Positions 24,505 to 38,745 of a stretch of DNA of 64,000 bases are shown piece by piece (within the stretch, counting starts at the first letter, position 1; each line of letters opens with the position of its first letter). Under the pieces are notes generated by a model, which did not search any database, was not told the origin of the DNA, and worked only from the letters and a program-made list of their open reading frames with translations. Source of the stretch: Calcarisporiella thermophila CBS 279.70 (taxonomy: Eukaryota; Fungi; Calcarisporiellomycota); NCBI RefSeq assembly GCF_041956535.1, contig NW_027192211.1, positions 211,079-275,078 of the forward strand, given 5' to 3'. The position numbers were made by a program, and so were the translations under genes.

Positions 24505-26778
24505 TTAATAAGAATGGAGAATTTTGCTACAGTTGGCACTGCCGCACATACATTTAATTGGTGCCGTAATCTGATGGCGCCGCACGGCTGGCTTCATTGG
24601 ATGTTTGTTACCTCGGTAATCGAACGTTAGCTCTTCATATTCACGGACTGGACGTCTAGTGAAAAAAGCAATGCGATGGAGCCCAAAATGGCGTGAATCA
24701 ATTAACACAGTGTAAATAGCTAGATTGGGATCGCAGGAGTGATTAAAAAAGTGGGACACATTCCCACACCGATATGCATCGATTGTGAATTCTGGCAACA
24801 CTTCCTGACCATTTACATATCTTTCACCTTGGAAAAAGTCGAGATCAAAAAGATAAGTTTGCCCCGTTGCATCATAGAGTCGCCCACGTTTTTCGCCCTC
24901 TTCATCCGTGACCACTTCGCCAATATACTCGGCTATAAACTCGCCCATTTTCAATGCTCTAGTGGTGCGAACACCCCATCCAATGTTGGGTGTCTTAAAA
25001 ATCTCCATCGGGTGTCGAATTCCATGCTGGACTACTCTATACGGACATTTCGGCCCACAACTACAATTCACATTACATTCGTAAATAGCGTATCCTGGAT
25101 TTATTATCACACGGCCATTTTCGTCGTATGGTATCCGGTCATGATTCATTCTGCGACATGAACATGGTCTTCCTATTATGCAGTGTGGTTTACAATCGCA
25201 GCCTTCTAGAAATCCAGGATCCGGGCGTGGTACTCCTTTGCCGTAGCGTAGAGTGCGTGTATATTCGAACTCGGGCAGGTCTTCATTGTCAACCTCGTTA
25301 ACTACTTTAATCGGTGGCTCGCCGCTCATTATGATCTGTCGCTCAAGTTTCTCCATGTTTGGTAACAAATTACGCGATATCCCATAAATCAATGGCTTTG
25401 CTAACGCTTGTGGACTAGCATCTGTTGAAAAAGCTTTCTATAAGAAATTATCCAAGTATACATCTTTGTTAGAACTTGGTGTTTTTGTAGGCCAATATGC
25501 TGCTTGAATTCACATACCCTATTGCCCTCGCTCTTATATCTCCCGTTTCTAAACGTGGATGCTGATTGTTTCTACGTTAAACAAATTACAATAAAGTTAT
25601 TTATAAAATATTAAATATTTGAAGCGCGCTAATAAGAGGAGTTAAGCATTACAAGCTCTCGAAGAAAGCTAAGGTTAAAAAATAAATGGGCAAATAATTG
25701 GTAAAAACATTGGTCCCTACCTTAGTTTGTGGTATCTTATAACTCTCTTTAATAATCGACATTTTGTCTACTTTATCACTCCTCATCCCTTTTTCCTCTA
25801 CTATCTCTTCTATTACCACTACCTCTTCTTCATCTTCATCAACATCTCTTACTTTCCTTTTTCTCATCCCTTGCTCCTCCACTATCTCCTCCACTATTTC
25901 CTCCATATTTTCTTCGTCTTCCTTTACTTCCTCCGCTCTCATTTTTCTCCTCCCACTTTCCTCCACTATCTCCTCCACTATCTCTTCCTCATCTTCTTTA
26001 TCTTCTTCCAATTCTTCCATCTCACTTCTCCCTCTTTCCGCTACTATCTCCTCCAGTACCCCCTCCGTATTCTGTTCTTCTTTATTTCCCACCTCTCCGT
26101 CCTCCGCTTTTTCTCCTAGTTTTACTTCTTCCTCTTCTTGCTCATCGCCTGTCTAATGCCGGAAAAAAAAATTTTATAAGTAAATAAAGTTTACGAAAGT
26201 ACTATGGACATACGCACCTCATCCTCAGTTTCTTCCGCTATCTTTTTTCTCGATGCTCTCCGGTACACGTCAACATACCTCTTTAATAGAATTTCCTTCG
26301 TCAATTTCATACAATCTGGTCCATTTTCTCGTCTGAATTCCACTAAAAATTCATCAAGTAACTCCTGGCAAAAGAGGTTCTCGATCGGTTCCCAAGTGTC
26401 CCATACATGTGTGTAATTTTTCCACTTGATTAAATATTGAATTTTCCCCTAATGTCATAAGATGAAAGAAAGAAATGAGAAATTTCAATACTCAATATCA
26501 TTTATGCTTTGAAGGAAAATTCAAATAAAGATTATGATTAAAAATACGGTTCTTTAAAAGATCTTAATAGTCCAATATAAATGTTTTCAAAACTGCTTAC
26601 ATTCCGTTTTCTACGTCCAATGATTCTCTCAACCTAATCGCCACGAATAGTTAGTATAAGAATGTATTGATTCAAATGTGAGCTTTAATTGAGCCCTTTG
26701 TGTAATCACCTCATAAACATCTTCTTCTTCTTCTGTAGAAATTGTATCATTCAATGATCCCTTTTTACTATTTTTCAT
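24505..26778 (-). CDS. clr4: Clr4/SUV39H-type histone H3K9 methyltransferase (chromo + pre-SET + SET + post-SET)
   Basis: Chromodomain YE/VERIIG...YLIKWKNY...TWEP; Cys-rich pre-SET; GWGVRT, YLFDLD, FFNHSCDPN, ELTFDY, CMCGSANC. Confidence 0.93.
25770..26150 (-). repeat. Degenerate tandem repeats encoding EEIVEE-type acidic units inside the Clr4 linker exon
   Basis: Recurring ctccactat(c/t)tc units on + strand; protein EEIVAE/EEIVEEIVEE repeated with short basic spacers. Confidence 0.8.
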
Positions 26779-26881
26779 GAAAATTTATGGCTCTCTTCCC
26801 TGGATCAATAATATGAATAGACCGCCGAGTCGTTTCAACTGAATTTCATTAAGCATTTTTAGAAGAATCGATTAGGTTAAA

Positions 26882-26889
26882 TCACGTGA
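26882..26889. promoter_or_regulatory. TCACGTGA E-box ~100 bp upstream of the clr4 ATG
   Basis: Perfect palindrome; a TCACGTG also lies ~80 bp upstream of MAF1 (42660-42666); function unproven. Confidence 0.35.
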
Positions 26890-27258
26890 CAACCTACTAA
26901 ACGCATTAACAACTTTAAATAGGGTAACTGTAACTACAAGGTAGTTAAGCCAGGCGCAAACGATACAACCTAACTGCACTTACAATACTTAATATATACA
27001 ATAGGATATTATTAGCGCTTGTATAATCAAGGAGTTTGTACTAATTGGGGAGTTGCCAAAGATTTCTTGATATATTTGATGCAATAATATCGAATCGAAA
27101 CAAATGCTGGTTTGGTCTAGCAGAATTCTGTCATAGTTTTCATAAATAATTTAAAGTATAATGTGAAATGGTGGAATAACAAAAAAGAAAAGAATATCCA
27201 AATAAAACAAAAAAGAAAGCCAAGCGGAAAGAAAATAAAATGAAAAATGCCGGATATT

Positions 27259-28892
27259 TCAAAAATGCTCTTTATACAGGTTAAACTTGATCCCAGGTTG
27301 ACTGGCATTTGAGCATTCCCTTTTAAGCTGCTTCGCAAGTGCTGTTGGACCGCAATAGAAAACGCCCACTTCAACATTTCCATTCTGATTTATTCCAGGT
27401 AGATAGTTTCCTGAGGCGATAGCCAGCTTCATTTGAGAGAAGATATGGCCAAAGTTTGGACGCCCATAGAATGTCTTTGAAGAAAGCTCAGTCAGTGGAT
27501 CAATTGCAGCACCTGCGTCATTTATCATAAGATTGTACACGGCATCTTCATTGAGCTTGCCGGTGAGATAAATGTGAATCCTCAGGAACTTGAGATAAAA
27601 TGTGGCCTCTTCCACGGTGCGAAGAAGATTTTGGAACCATTCAAAATCCTGAAGAAATTTAAAATAATAGATTTTAATATAGAGAGAGTGTTAAATGATG
27701 TATTGCATTAGCTTACTGAGGTATCACGGCAAATCCAGAAAAACTCTACGCGGCGAAGTTTAAACGAGCGACCTTTTTGATGCTGAATCCAAATATGCTT
27801 TAAGACGGACGCAAAAGGTGTAACTCCGATACCAGTGCCGATTAGAACCGCAATCTCATTCTTGAACACATCTTCGGATGGGGCACCGAATGGGCCATCA
27901 ATGCGTATCTCGGGGAATGCAGTCTCTCGATAAGCCATATATGAGTCTTCTCCTTTGAATACTGTGCTGTATCCGAGACGAGTGGCGAGTTTACGGGTCC
28001 AGTCTCCAACCTGCCTGATGTGCACAGAGACATAGTCCTCATCAGGAGAAGAAGTGATAGTGAATGGGTGCCATTGCAGGGCTGACACTTCCGGGACATT
28101 GAGAAAAAGATATTGACCAACTTTGTACTTCATGCTTGGCTTCTTTATCTGGATTTCGATCACATTACCGGGATGGGCGATGATTTTCGAAATATACGTT
28201 TCCCTCCTGCCTCTAATCTCGCGCCACACACGTTCCAACGTATACAGCACATACGAAACAAGAATCCATGGCCAAGAAAAGTATGGACGACATTCTCCGG
28301 TACCGGTTTTCACGAAACAACCTTTTGCGTGCAACATGCCAAGCAAAATAAAGAAGAATGCCAGGTGGTGAGTATACCAAAAGGCTTCGAAGCAAGTAGT
28401 GCGAATTTCTCGAGCTGCAGTGGTGTACATCAACAGCATGATGAGTAACATCAAATGCCCTGTGGTGCCGGCCCAGGTTTTATAATGAATATCCAACGCA
28501 GAACCAAGGAGTGCCTTCAATCTTAGCTCAACAATATAAAAGTTAATATAGTGAGCCGTTACATGTACTATAGTAAATAAAAGCATGCTCCAAGCTGTCA
28601 CTTTATGGAACCAAATGTTCTCATCCATATCAACAAGGCGATTAAGACGTGTTGAGCGAAGTAGCCGAATGAGATTACGACATACGGGAAGTAGAATCAC
28701 CGCGAGATCAAAGGCAAGAACTAGGCCAGCGCCTCGAGAAGTCCATACAGAAGGGCCAATGGAATTCAATAAGGCTAAATCCTTATCTAGCTTTTGCTTG
28801 AAGAAGCCAAAAATGAACAGGCCTCCATGTATTAAAATCCAGATAGCATAAAAGACGTAGGTCCGAGATGTCCATTGACTAGGATTGATCAT
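27259..28892 (-). CDS. noxA: NADPH oxidase catalytic subunit (NoxA/gp91phox type)
   Basis: Heme His pairs (FHKVTA...HVTAHY; YTHHL...MLH); FAD site QWHPFTITS; IDGPFG, GIGVTPF, FYCGP; terminal KEHF; one intron. Confidence 0.93.
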
Positions 28893-30390
28893 TGTCTCTC
28901 TATTCTGTCAAAGAAGGGAAGCAACAGTAGCGGAACTCCGCGGGAAGGAGGTGTAGCTTGAGAGAATTAAGAGTGGAAAAGAGTTAAGTATACTCTGGAA
29001 GGGAGAGGTGTTTGAAGTGAAAGGAATGAAAGAACGGAATGCTAGTGAAAGAATGCTTCAATGAATGAGAAATGCAAAAGTGAGAGAAAAGAATTCTTTG
29101 AACTAGAGGGGAAAAAAAAACAAGCTGGGTAAAAAATTGTCCCTACCCGTCATGTAATGGGCCACTTCCCTCTCAATAATAGCACGAAAACTCCTCACCC
29201 GCCCTGTATAACTTGCAATACCCAGCGCTCTATCTATTTTTAATGCAAATTATAAAATACCAGTCACATTTCTGCCGACGAAGCTCAGCGAGTGGACAGA
29301 ATTAATTAGCGAAAAAGGAATTTTAGAGGGTTAACTTGCGGGTTAAAATACACAAGTAAAACATAAGAAATAGCCACAAGTATTGACATCGGCATTAAGT
29401 TGGACGGATGTTATTAAGAATGGGTCTATATTATACAAGAGCATACTTAAATATCCGGATGGGAGTATCCAACTAGGACAACGGCATCTTAAAAGAATAG
29501 TTCTAAAATAGTTCTTTTTATACTTTTGATGGGTGACATTTTTAGGGAGAAGACCCCAATGCATCACCAAGCTTCTCAATGCGACAAACAAACTTGAAAT
29601 AGTGGTATCATAATCATGCTTAATTGAGAAAACGTTACTCGCTAATCTCTTTCAATGAAGCTCTCTACGAAAATGGCTAACTGCACTAAATTCATGCACT
29701 AATGTGATAAGTCTACCTACACGGTCAAAAGGTTTTGTGGATGATTCGAACCTATTCAAAGAAACACACTCCCTTATTTACCATTAGCCGGTCAATGCAT
29801 ATATAGCAATCGTTGTATATAACATAAATCCTTGCTATTGAGAAAAACTGCGGTTCTTATATGAAATATCTCCTCATTTTCTTGAATTATATAGTTAACG
29901 CCCACGCAATATCGTCCTTTAATATTTCCGTATTTACAGCGTAGTTTGACATGTAAAGTGACGATATGGCGACAGTTTGTAACAAAATGAGCGTTTTGAC
30001 CACATTATTAACGGCAAACTCTTCATTACTTTTTTACTTGGTAGGAAATTGCCACAAGTACTACATCTGTTTACACTCAGCGGAAGGCCCCAAAATCTAT
30101 CTTCTGAAATAGATTCTTATTATATACTTCACAGTGTTATAGTATTCTTGCAGAAAATGTTTATATTGTTCGATGGCTACTGAGTTCTCTAAAAATTCCA
30201 CTTCCTTTGTTATTTGAAGAAAACACCATTACGAAATTACGAAATTACAAAATTTAACAATTATTTGACCCGCAAGCGGAAAGATGGAAATAACTGCGCC
30301 ACAAAATTAAAACGTATTGTCTTGAAAAATGTATCCAGAGTAAGTGAGTTTTGATTGCTTATCGCGATCCTTTTTGAACTTTCATAATTC

Positions 30391-33300
30391 ATGAACGGAA
30401 CGGTCGTGCATCCGGCGGTCATTGAAGTACCGCTTAAAGAGCAGGACCAGACTATCGAGATTCCGCTTACGCAACTTGATAATGCCACTTTCATTTTGCA
30501 GATCTTAAACGATGAAGCTGTCGAGTACAAGTATTGGATCCGATTTGCGGTAAATAACTTCACTCTTTTTCGCAAGCTCCAAAAGCAACGAAGTGATCAG
30601 TTGCTTAATAATTTATATATTCTCAGTCGGAATATAATAGACAGAACCGACCAGACGAATCAATTCAATTATTGGAAGCCGCGCTCAAAGCTCGTATGTT
30701 TAATGCAGAATTTGCAGTTTTATTCCTTGCCGACCTATCTTTAATATCTTGTTTAATTTTAGCCCATCTTCAGGAGCAGACACGCCATCGCGCAAGTTTT
30801 CATAACATACTTGCTACTCTCTCTATTCAAAAATACCGCACCACTCTGGCAGAGCGCAAATTTTGGCTCGACAAAGCAAAAGAGCATGCGAACGAGGCAT
30901 CGCGTCTCTATCAGGAAGATTCCCGGATATTCACTGTCAAAGGTTCTTAACGATTATATTGCCTAATTGTAGGTTTCTACTCACTTCATTAACATTTCAT
31001 GATAGGGCTTGTTTTTCTTGCAGAGAATAAAATCAACGATGCATTGATTAATTTTCAAAATGCTCTTAAGCTGAATCCAGATGATTACACAGCCCTCGTC
31101 GGAAAGGTTGAAATTTTTATCCTATGAAATCGTTTTCTATACTATAACCTTCATTTCGTATTAGGCAAGGATCCAATACTATAAGAAGGATTATGAAGCA
31201 GCATTGGAAACGTTGCAAAGGGCTCTTCAAATACAACCCTATGGAAAGCCAGACGTTAGGCTGGGGATTGGGCTCTGTTATCATCGACTGGAAATGCCGG
31301 AATTGGCGCGCCAGGCATTTGAACGATGCGTTAAACTAGTGAGTATATCAATATACTTTATAATACAATGTTCATTTAATTTTATATTAATCACTCTAAT
31401 GATTTATTATTATTAGGATTCTGGAAATAGCACTGCACTAATTCTTTTGGCAATATATGAGTGGAATGATTCAAAGCAAAACACCGATAACGAGAACGAC
31501 ATCCGAGAGTCCGTTGCTAAGGCAACTACCTATATGGAGGAGGCTTTTCGTGCCCGAAAATACCACCCCGTTGTACTAGATCACATGGCAAACTACTATA
31601 TCTTTCAAAGAAAATTCCAAGAGGTATGCAAATTTTACTTCTCATTTTTCTGCACTATTACAATATTCACGTAATAATCACATAGGCGTTAGGTTTGGCT
31701 ATCAAAGCACACGAATTGTCATCACTCTCAAATAATGACCGCTTGACAGCGGATACGCTATATCAGATTGCCAGAACATACCATCTGATGGTACGTTAAA
31801 TTAACCTAGTAGTATTATTTGAAAGTTTTTAACAGACTGTTTTATTAGGAACAATACAATGAAGCTTATAAACACTATGAACAAGCAGTGAAGAGGTTTC
31901 CAGAGCACATGCAGGCACAATATGCCATGGGTCAGATGCATATTTGGAAAAGTAATTTGTTGGGATCTTATAATTTTTTTGCAGCTATTTTTATTGATTT
32001 ATATATATATATATCGCATAGATGAACACCAGAAGGCTATAAAGTGCTTTGAGAGAGTACTAGTAAAGCATCCAAAAAACTTGGAGACACTCAAGGTGAT
32101 ATCCCTGATTTCTTCTGAAATGCATATTTTCCTTACTTATCTTTTAACTTTATGTATATAGGTACTGGGATCCCTTCATTTTGTACAAGGTGATAAGCAA
32201 AAGGCATATGACTATTTCAACAAAGTCGTGAGCATTGTGCATGAGAACCAATTGCAGCTCGATGATCCTGCTATGCTTGTTGAACTTGGGCTTACTCAGG
32301 AGGAAACGGATACAAAAAAGTCTGTCAAAGGTATATCCATTTTGGATAAAGAATTAAAGTAGTAAATAGAACTGAGTTTGCCTTTAATAGCTCTGCAAGC
32401 AGCTGCTAATATATATGAAGAAAATCAAGGTTGGGTTGCACCTGAATTGCTTAATAACATTGGTGCTCTGAGTCATATGGAGGGTAGATTGGATTCTGCT
32501 GAGGTATATTACAAGCGAGCACTCGAATCCTATGAACAACTTCGACGCGAGCAGGAAGAAAATTTTCCGCTTTCAGAAACTGAAGGAATGTGGGTTACAA
32601 TCACTTACAATCTCGCACGACTTGCCGAAGAGCGTCAGGACACAACCCGGGCAATGTCCCTCTACCAGCGAATTTTGGATCAATATGGCACGTATATTGA
32701 CGCTCATTTACGACTGGGGGCGATAGAGCAATCAATGGGACGTGTGGAGGCGGCAGAGGAGCGGTTCAAGGATGCTTTAGGTGTGGACAAGAACGCTGAG
32801 GAGGCGTGGCTTATGCTTGGGTGGTTAGAAGCTGAATCTGGGAGGGTTCGACCCAGCAAAAAAACGTTCGAGAAAGTCCTCAAAGAATGCAATAGACATG
32901 ATATTTATGCGCTGTGTGCTCTCGGGAATCATCACTTGATGGGGGCACGTGAGTTGAAAGGAGAAGATAAACGCGAAATGAGAGCAACTGCTTACAGATA
33001 CGCTGTCGACCACTTCATTAAAGTACTTGCGCATGATCCAAATAATATTTATGCCGCCAACGGCATCGCTATTGCAATGGCGGAAAACGATGAGCTAGTA
33101 GAGGCAAAAGACATTTTTTTGCAAGTACGCGAATGTGCTCAGTGCTCAGCTCCTTGGATAAATCTTGGACACGTGTACATGCAACTGGGGCAATATCGGA
33201 GCGCTATTATTACAGTATTTACACCACCCTTTAAAATTTTTGTACACAGTGACAAACGTATTCTTTTCTTTATTTAGTATGAAGGGGCGCTAAAGCGGTT

Positions 33301-34315
33301 TAAGGAGCTTAATTCATCTGTCCTAATTTTCCTCGCACGCGCACAGTACATGCTTGCCAAGCAAGAGAAAAGCCGTTCTGTGATGGTGCAGGCGATTGCT
33401 ACGACGCAGAAAGCACTTAAGCTCCAACCCTCAAATCGGTCATACCTATTTGACGTAGCTCTTCTTCAGCAGGAATACGTTCAACTTATTGCAGAGCAAC
33501 CAATTGATCAACGCGATTTGGAGACATTGAAAGGTGCTTTGGAGAGGATAGAATCAGCGCAGAGGTGAGCCTTGAGCTGAGCGTGCGACTTCGTTTATTA
33601 CAAAATACTTATTTTTTTTATCTCATTCAGATTGTTCCGTGCGCTTAGCGAGGTTCCAGCAGAAGAGCATGTGTATTATGACCGTAAAACAGTCACCTAC
33701 CGCGAGAAATTCAGCGATTCTCTCCGTACTCAAGTGCAGCGACGCATTCAAGAACAAGAAGAATATGAAAAGAAGAAACAACGGGATCTAGAAGAAAAGA
33801 CCCGAAAGCTTGAAGAGGAGCGAAAGCGTAAAGAAGAAGAAGAGGTGAAAGCTTTGTGGTTTATTTTTTGCTGTTAATCTTGTTTGTTCTAACCCTTTGA
33901 ATAGGCTGCTATTCGCCAAAGAGAGGAAGAAGAGCGACAGGCGACAGAACGTGCTCGACAAGAAATTATGGAAAAATTGCGCGAAGAATACGAGAAGCAA
34001 CGAGAAGAGGCGAAGATGGAGTTGGATGATGAGGAAGATGGTGAAGGTGAAGAAAAGGAGGAGGGACGTAAGCGGCGGCGGGAAAAGGGAGGTGAACGAA
34101 AACAGCGAAAGAAAAGAAAGAGTATGACCCCTGAAAGCGAGATACAATCTGCTGAAAGAGTGGATGCAAATGAATCTGGAGAGGATATGCCAGTGGAACG
34201 TCGTAAGCGCAAATTGTTAGCATACCCTTCTATATCATGCGCGATTATTACATGATCTAACTTTATTTATTTCAGTAAATCAAAGGAGATCATTGAATCC
34301 GAGGACGAGGAATAG
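30391..34315 (+). CDS. CTR9: Paf1 complex TPR subunit CTR9
   Basis: IEVPL N-terminus, many TPRs, DVRLGIGLC, PELLNNIGAL, YNLARL, NIYAANGIAI, WINLGHVY; charged tail ending KSKEIIESEDEE. Confidence 0.92.
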
Positions 34316-34560
34316 GGTGGGATCTGGTATAGGATGGGCACTAAAAAATGGCAAGTCTATACTTCTTTTCTTGGTTTTTTCTGTCATTTCACACGATTTT
34401 TATATACAAAGAAAATTTATTTTCTTTAAAAGTTGTAATAATAAAAAAATAAAATATAATATTATAGATAACGCAATTTGTACTATATAACTGCAGGAAT
34501 TTATATTGGAAAATGAAATAAAATAGACATTTTATAGCTGGGGCATGTCGTATTAATACC

Positions 34561-35807
34561 TTAAATATGCTGCGACAGCAGCAAGATGAATAGTACGACC
34601 ATTTTACCAATGGTGACCTGTGGTACTGTTCCTGTGGAAGCTACAGAAGAGAAAGTTCCCTTCAATGGCGTCGTCAGTGACGGTCGTGCCTGATTTGTTG
34701 CATATGCATTATTCGTCAGTACGGCCGAGCTGGCGTACTGATTAAGAGAAGGTTGTGTGGGCAGATTATTGTTGTTATTAGGATTCCAAGCCGCAGATAC
34801 TGGAGTAGGAAACTGGGACGGGCTCACTAATTTCTGCGGAGTATTGTTCGCCTCCGCAGCAATAGGAGCCATGGGATTAGCTATGGGAACTGGTGCGGAG
34901 ATCTGAGCGGGAGGTGGGGCGACGGTTGCCTCTGCTGGATATTCAGAACCAGGAATATACTGTTGGATCTCTGGAGGGTACCCTAATGTTTTATCGTTTT
35001 GGGACGATATTCCTGGAGCTGGAAGCGATTGAGTAAGAGGCGAAAAGACTATCACTACTTCTGACGGCTGTTGCGCTAACACGGGCGAAGGGATGATTTC
35101 TGGATTGTCCGACATAGGCCGTGGAGGATCCAAAAATGCAGCATTGCTGACACTACCTGTATTACCTGCATTCCGAGTCGCATCCACATCTACATTTGAT
35201 TCTTTGTTGGCTAAATGTCGATTTTGCGACGCAGATTGAGGTGTTTGAACCTGCGACTGAACTGGGTTATATTGTTGTGGAGGCAAAAAAGTGTTCTGAG
35301 CTTGGAGTAGGGGCGCTTGAGGAGGCACTTGGATAGGATAAAATGCTGAATCAGGGGCCTGGAGAGGGGGTTTTATCTCAAACGGCATTCCACTTGAGAG
35401 CGAGATACTCACTGGTGGTTCTCCTGAGGGATAATTGCCTGCAAGAACTACTGCTGCCCTATCTTCTGAGCCAGAGGATTCTGGAATAGGGGCTACAGAA
35501 TCAGGAGTTGAAGAAGTGGGATTAGGATTTATTCCTGTAGCATCCGAGGAGTCGACCTGATTAGCCGTCAACACAGCCGCTTGCGGAGGACCGCCAGGGG
35601 CTAAGGGCTGAAATCCAGTCTTCTCTAGAGCAATCGCATGGCCCCGCGACTGAATCAGTGATCTTCGGTATTGAACGCGCTTGCCATTAACTACAGAGGA
35701 GAGAAGCAATTTAGGAAACAATGAACCTTGAATTTGCACCCTTTTTCTATACCTGGATATATAATAAGAAGTAGGCTTAAAAGAATGACCCAAACAAAAT
35801 GCTTCAT
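34561..35807 (-). CDS. Secreted Pro/Gln/Ser-rich, probably GPI-anchored cell-surface protein
   Basis: Signal peptide MKHFVWVILLSLLLIIYP, intron, low-complexity body, hydrophobic C-terminus MVVLFILLLSQHI. Confidence 0.7.
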
Positions 35808-36283
35808 AATGGATATATATTGTATATCTCTAACTCTGAATCGTATATAAAGGATGAGTAGCGCATATGTTTTCAAATTGAGTGTTCGTCTATTTTTTCG
35901 ATATATATAACTCTCTATAGTGGGAGCTATCTTAATCTTATCTCGATGATTTTCAGTCTTTATTCTGACCACGATCGGTAGACAGCTCGTTGAGGAACGA
36001 ATGAAAGCGTAGATCATACCATAAAGAAGGGATGATCGGCGCCATTTTTTCCCTTTCAGGGACGTTGGTCCGTTTAGTGTAATGCTGGATTTTGGTATAA
36101 ATCTAGATATTAACCATTATATTGCGTAAAAAGGTATACATTATCAAGCAGTCGTGTTATAAATGGTCTTCGACTACACGCACCGCTGCCAACACCAAAA
36201 AAAGACAATCACGAGCGTGCTTGGCCCCGCAACCAAAATCAGCATTGGTTAATTTTATTTTAAGCATTATATTGCACATATCT

Positions 36284-37996
36284 TCAACCAGATGCACTGA
36301 CAACAGTGCTCTCTAACAGTACAAATTGTGCCTCCATTTCCTGGTAGAGTTCAGCCAAAGCAGTGTTTGGTTCAGCGGCCAAAATCAGTTCCTCGTCTGT
36401 CTCTTCGATAGGTTTGATTTTGGTAGAAATATATCCATCGCGTGCAAGCCGTGCTGCTCCAGCAGAAGCAGAATTCTGTCCCCGGTGACGGTATACTTTT
36501 AGCTGAAGCACGTCAGCCAGGACTTGTAAAATAACAGTATTAGCTGATGCTCCTCCTACCACAATAACTCGCTCCGCCGAGTTCTGAAAGAGTCGACGTA
36601 TTCTAACCCGCATCGAAAGAAATTGTGCCTCGAGCACTGCTCGCGGATTACAATCTCTATCTGTAAACTCGATCACTCTTAGCCCGTCTTCGAATCGGTG
36701 AACTCCACGCGCAAAAGGTACGATTTCGGGCATGAAATAATAGAATCCATTTCTTGTCTTTTTTTCATGCGAATCACCGCAGCCAGGGGGAGTAGACATC
36801 ACAAGATCATTAAATCGATCCCAATTTTTTTGTGCATATTTGTCTCGCACATACTCGCGTGCTAGTGATCCATTTTTGAAACAAACCATCGCTACGATCA
36901 AATTATGATCTAGAGGATGTGATAGAAGGTGCGCTTCAGGATGCGCATTTGTTCTGTTCCGCTCGACGACCGCAAGCAAAGTATCAGAAGTACCTAACGA
37001 CACGACAAGATCCCGACTCTTTAAACCCATCGCTAGAACCGTGGCAGGATTGTCTCCAGTAAAAGGAAACACCAAGCACTCTTCAACGAAACCGTATCTC
37101 TTTTGCATGTACTTGCTGACAATGCCAATTGGTTTGGTTGCATCTTTTGCGATCATACCCAACTTTAGCTCTAGCTCCTTAGCATTTCCACAGATACTTA
37201 AAAGATTTGGATCCCATTCCCTTGTCTCCAATCGCATCAGGTTCATTCCCGAAGCGTCTCCGCTTTCAATTGGAGCATAAGAGCCCAGAAACAATGATGC
37301 CAAGAATGAAGATACGAGTGAGATGCGCTCTGTATCTTTGAGAGCTCCCCGTTGACTCAGCTTCATAATTTGAGAAGCAGTAAAACGTTCGAAAGCACGA
37401 CTTCCTGTAATATCAGCAAGACGCTCAGGGCCTCCTACTGCAGCCTCCAGGTCACGACATTGTTGTGTCGTGCTTGTATCCTGCCAAATAGGAGAGTCGG
37501 CGATAGAAAAAGCATTTGCAAGTTGAGTTGAGAGTAAAGACGATGAATCCAAAGAAGAGAGCGTAGTAGAAGCACCCTCTTTCCAGTAAACGCTCCCGTG
37601 TTGCTAGAAGATAAAGAAATGAATTATTCGAATGTACAATGAAACAAACTGTCACAGTTGAGTACTTGGGCAGCTCCGCTAATGCTCTTCACGTTCTCGA
37701 ATTTGAAATCATCTTTCTGCAGCCGCTCCAGTAGCATATCTAGAGCTTTAACCCACATAAGTGTAGGGGACGTGGTTCTGTCATTTCGATGATGAGCACC
37801 ATGTTTGGTACTAAAATAATGGTATTTAGTACATATAACGCATAATGCAACAAGATGAAACTAACTTGAATTCAGGCAAATCTTTGTCAAAATTAACACT
37901 TTCTTCGAGAATAATTTGGAGGTTGGAATTTACTACAGTACATTTGAGGGATTGAGTTGAGAGATCAAATGCAACAAAGAGATCTTCGCTAGTCAT
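36284..37996 (-). CDS. XKS1: Xylulokinase (FGGY family)
   Basis: FDLSTQSLKC, ISGAAQ/QHGSVYW, SPIWQDTST, TGSRAFERFT, FTGDNP, VSLGTSDT, FKNGSLARE, VGGASAN. Confidence 0.93.
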
Positions 37997-38745
37997 TTTT
38001 ATTGATTTATAGGTCAAAACGTAATTGTAAAATTTCCAGGAGTAGTGATTTTTAGATTTCTTCTGAAATCATCTGTGAACAAGCCTTATTAGTCGCATTA
38101 CAAATTAAAATTGATCCAATATATTTATGATGTATGTTGAATGTTTGAAGATGTTGAGGCCAAGTGCAAGAGTAGATATTGATGCTCTCTTTTAGAGAAC
38201 CACTTGAGTAAATGATATTGCTTACAGCTTTTGAAAAAACAAATAAACAGTTAATTGGCTTAAGATAAACTCCTATGGATTATCCTACACTTCTTATGAT
38301 GCCTTGTATACGATCGCACTTGGAACATTGTATCATTAAGCAAGGAGAATTATTTTCCAACGAAATGTCTCTACATAATGAGATATAGCAATCAAGATAA
38401 CCATTGAAAATGATTTTATGTTACAAAAATGAGAACAAGGCAGATTGGAAACCAGGATAACAATATTGTAAATTGTGCTTGAAGAATTATGAATTATGGG
38501 AAGAAAATGTAATGAGAGAAAGAAAGATAGATTGAAGAATCAAGTCATAGCAATATGTACAATAGAAAAGGAGAGAGAGACTCTACTCTGAGGCATAATA
38601 TACTTTTTGAAATATTACAGCCTTATTTAGCGTTTGAAAAATTAGGTCCAATAAAATTTTAAAATTCTAGGTAAGGATCTGTCCGGCCCTTGAGTAAAGT
38701 TCTTTTAAAGAATCTGTTTCTGATGAGCCGTTTGCAGTAAAATAA

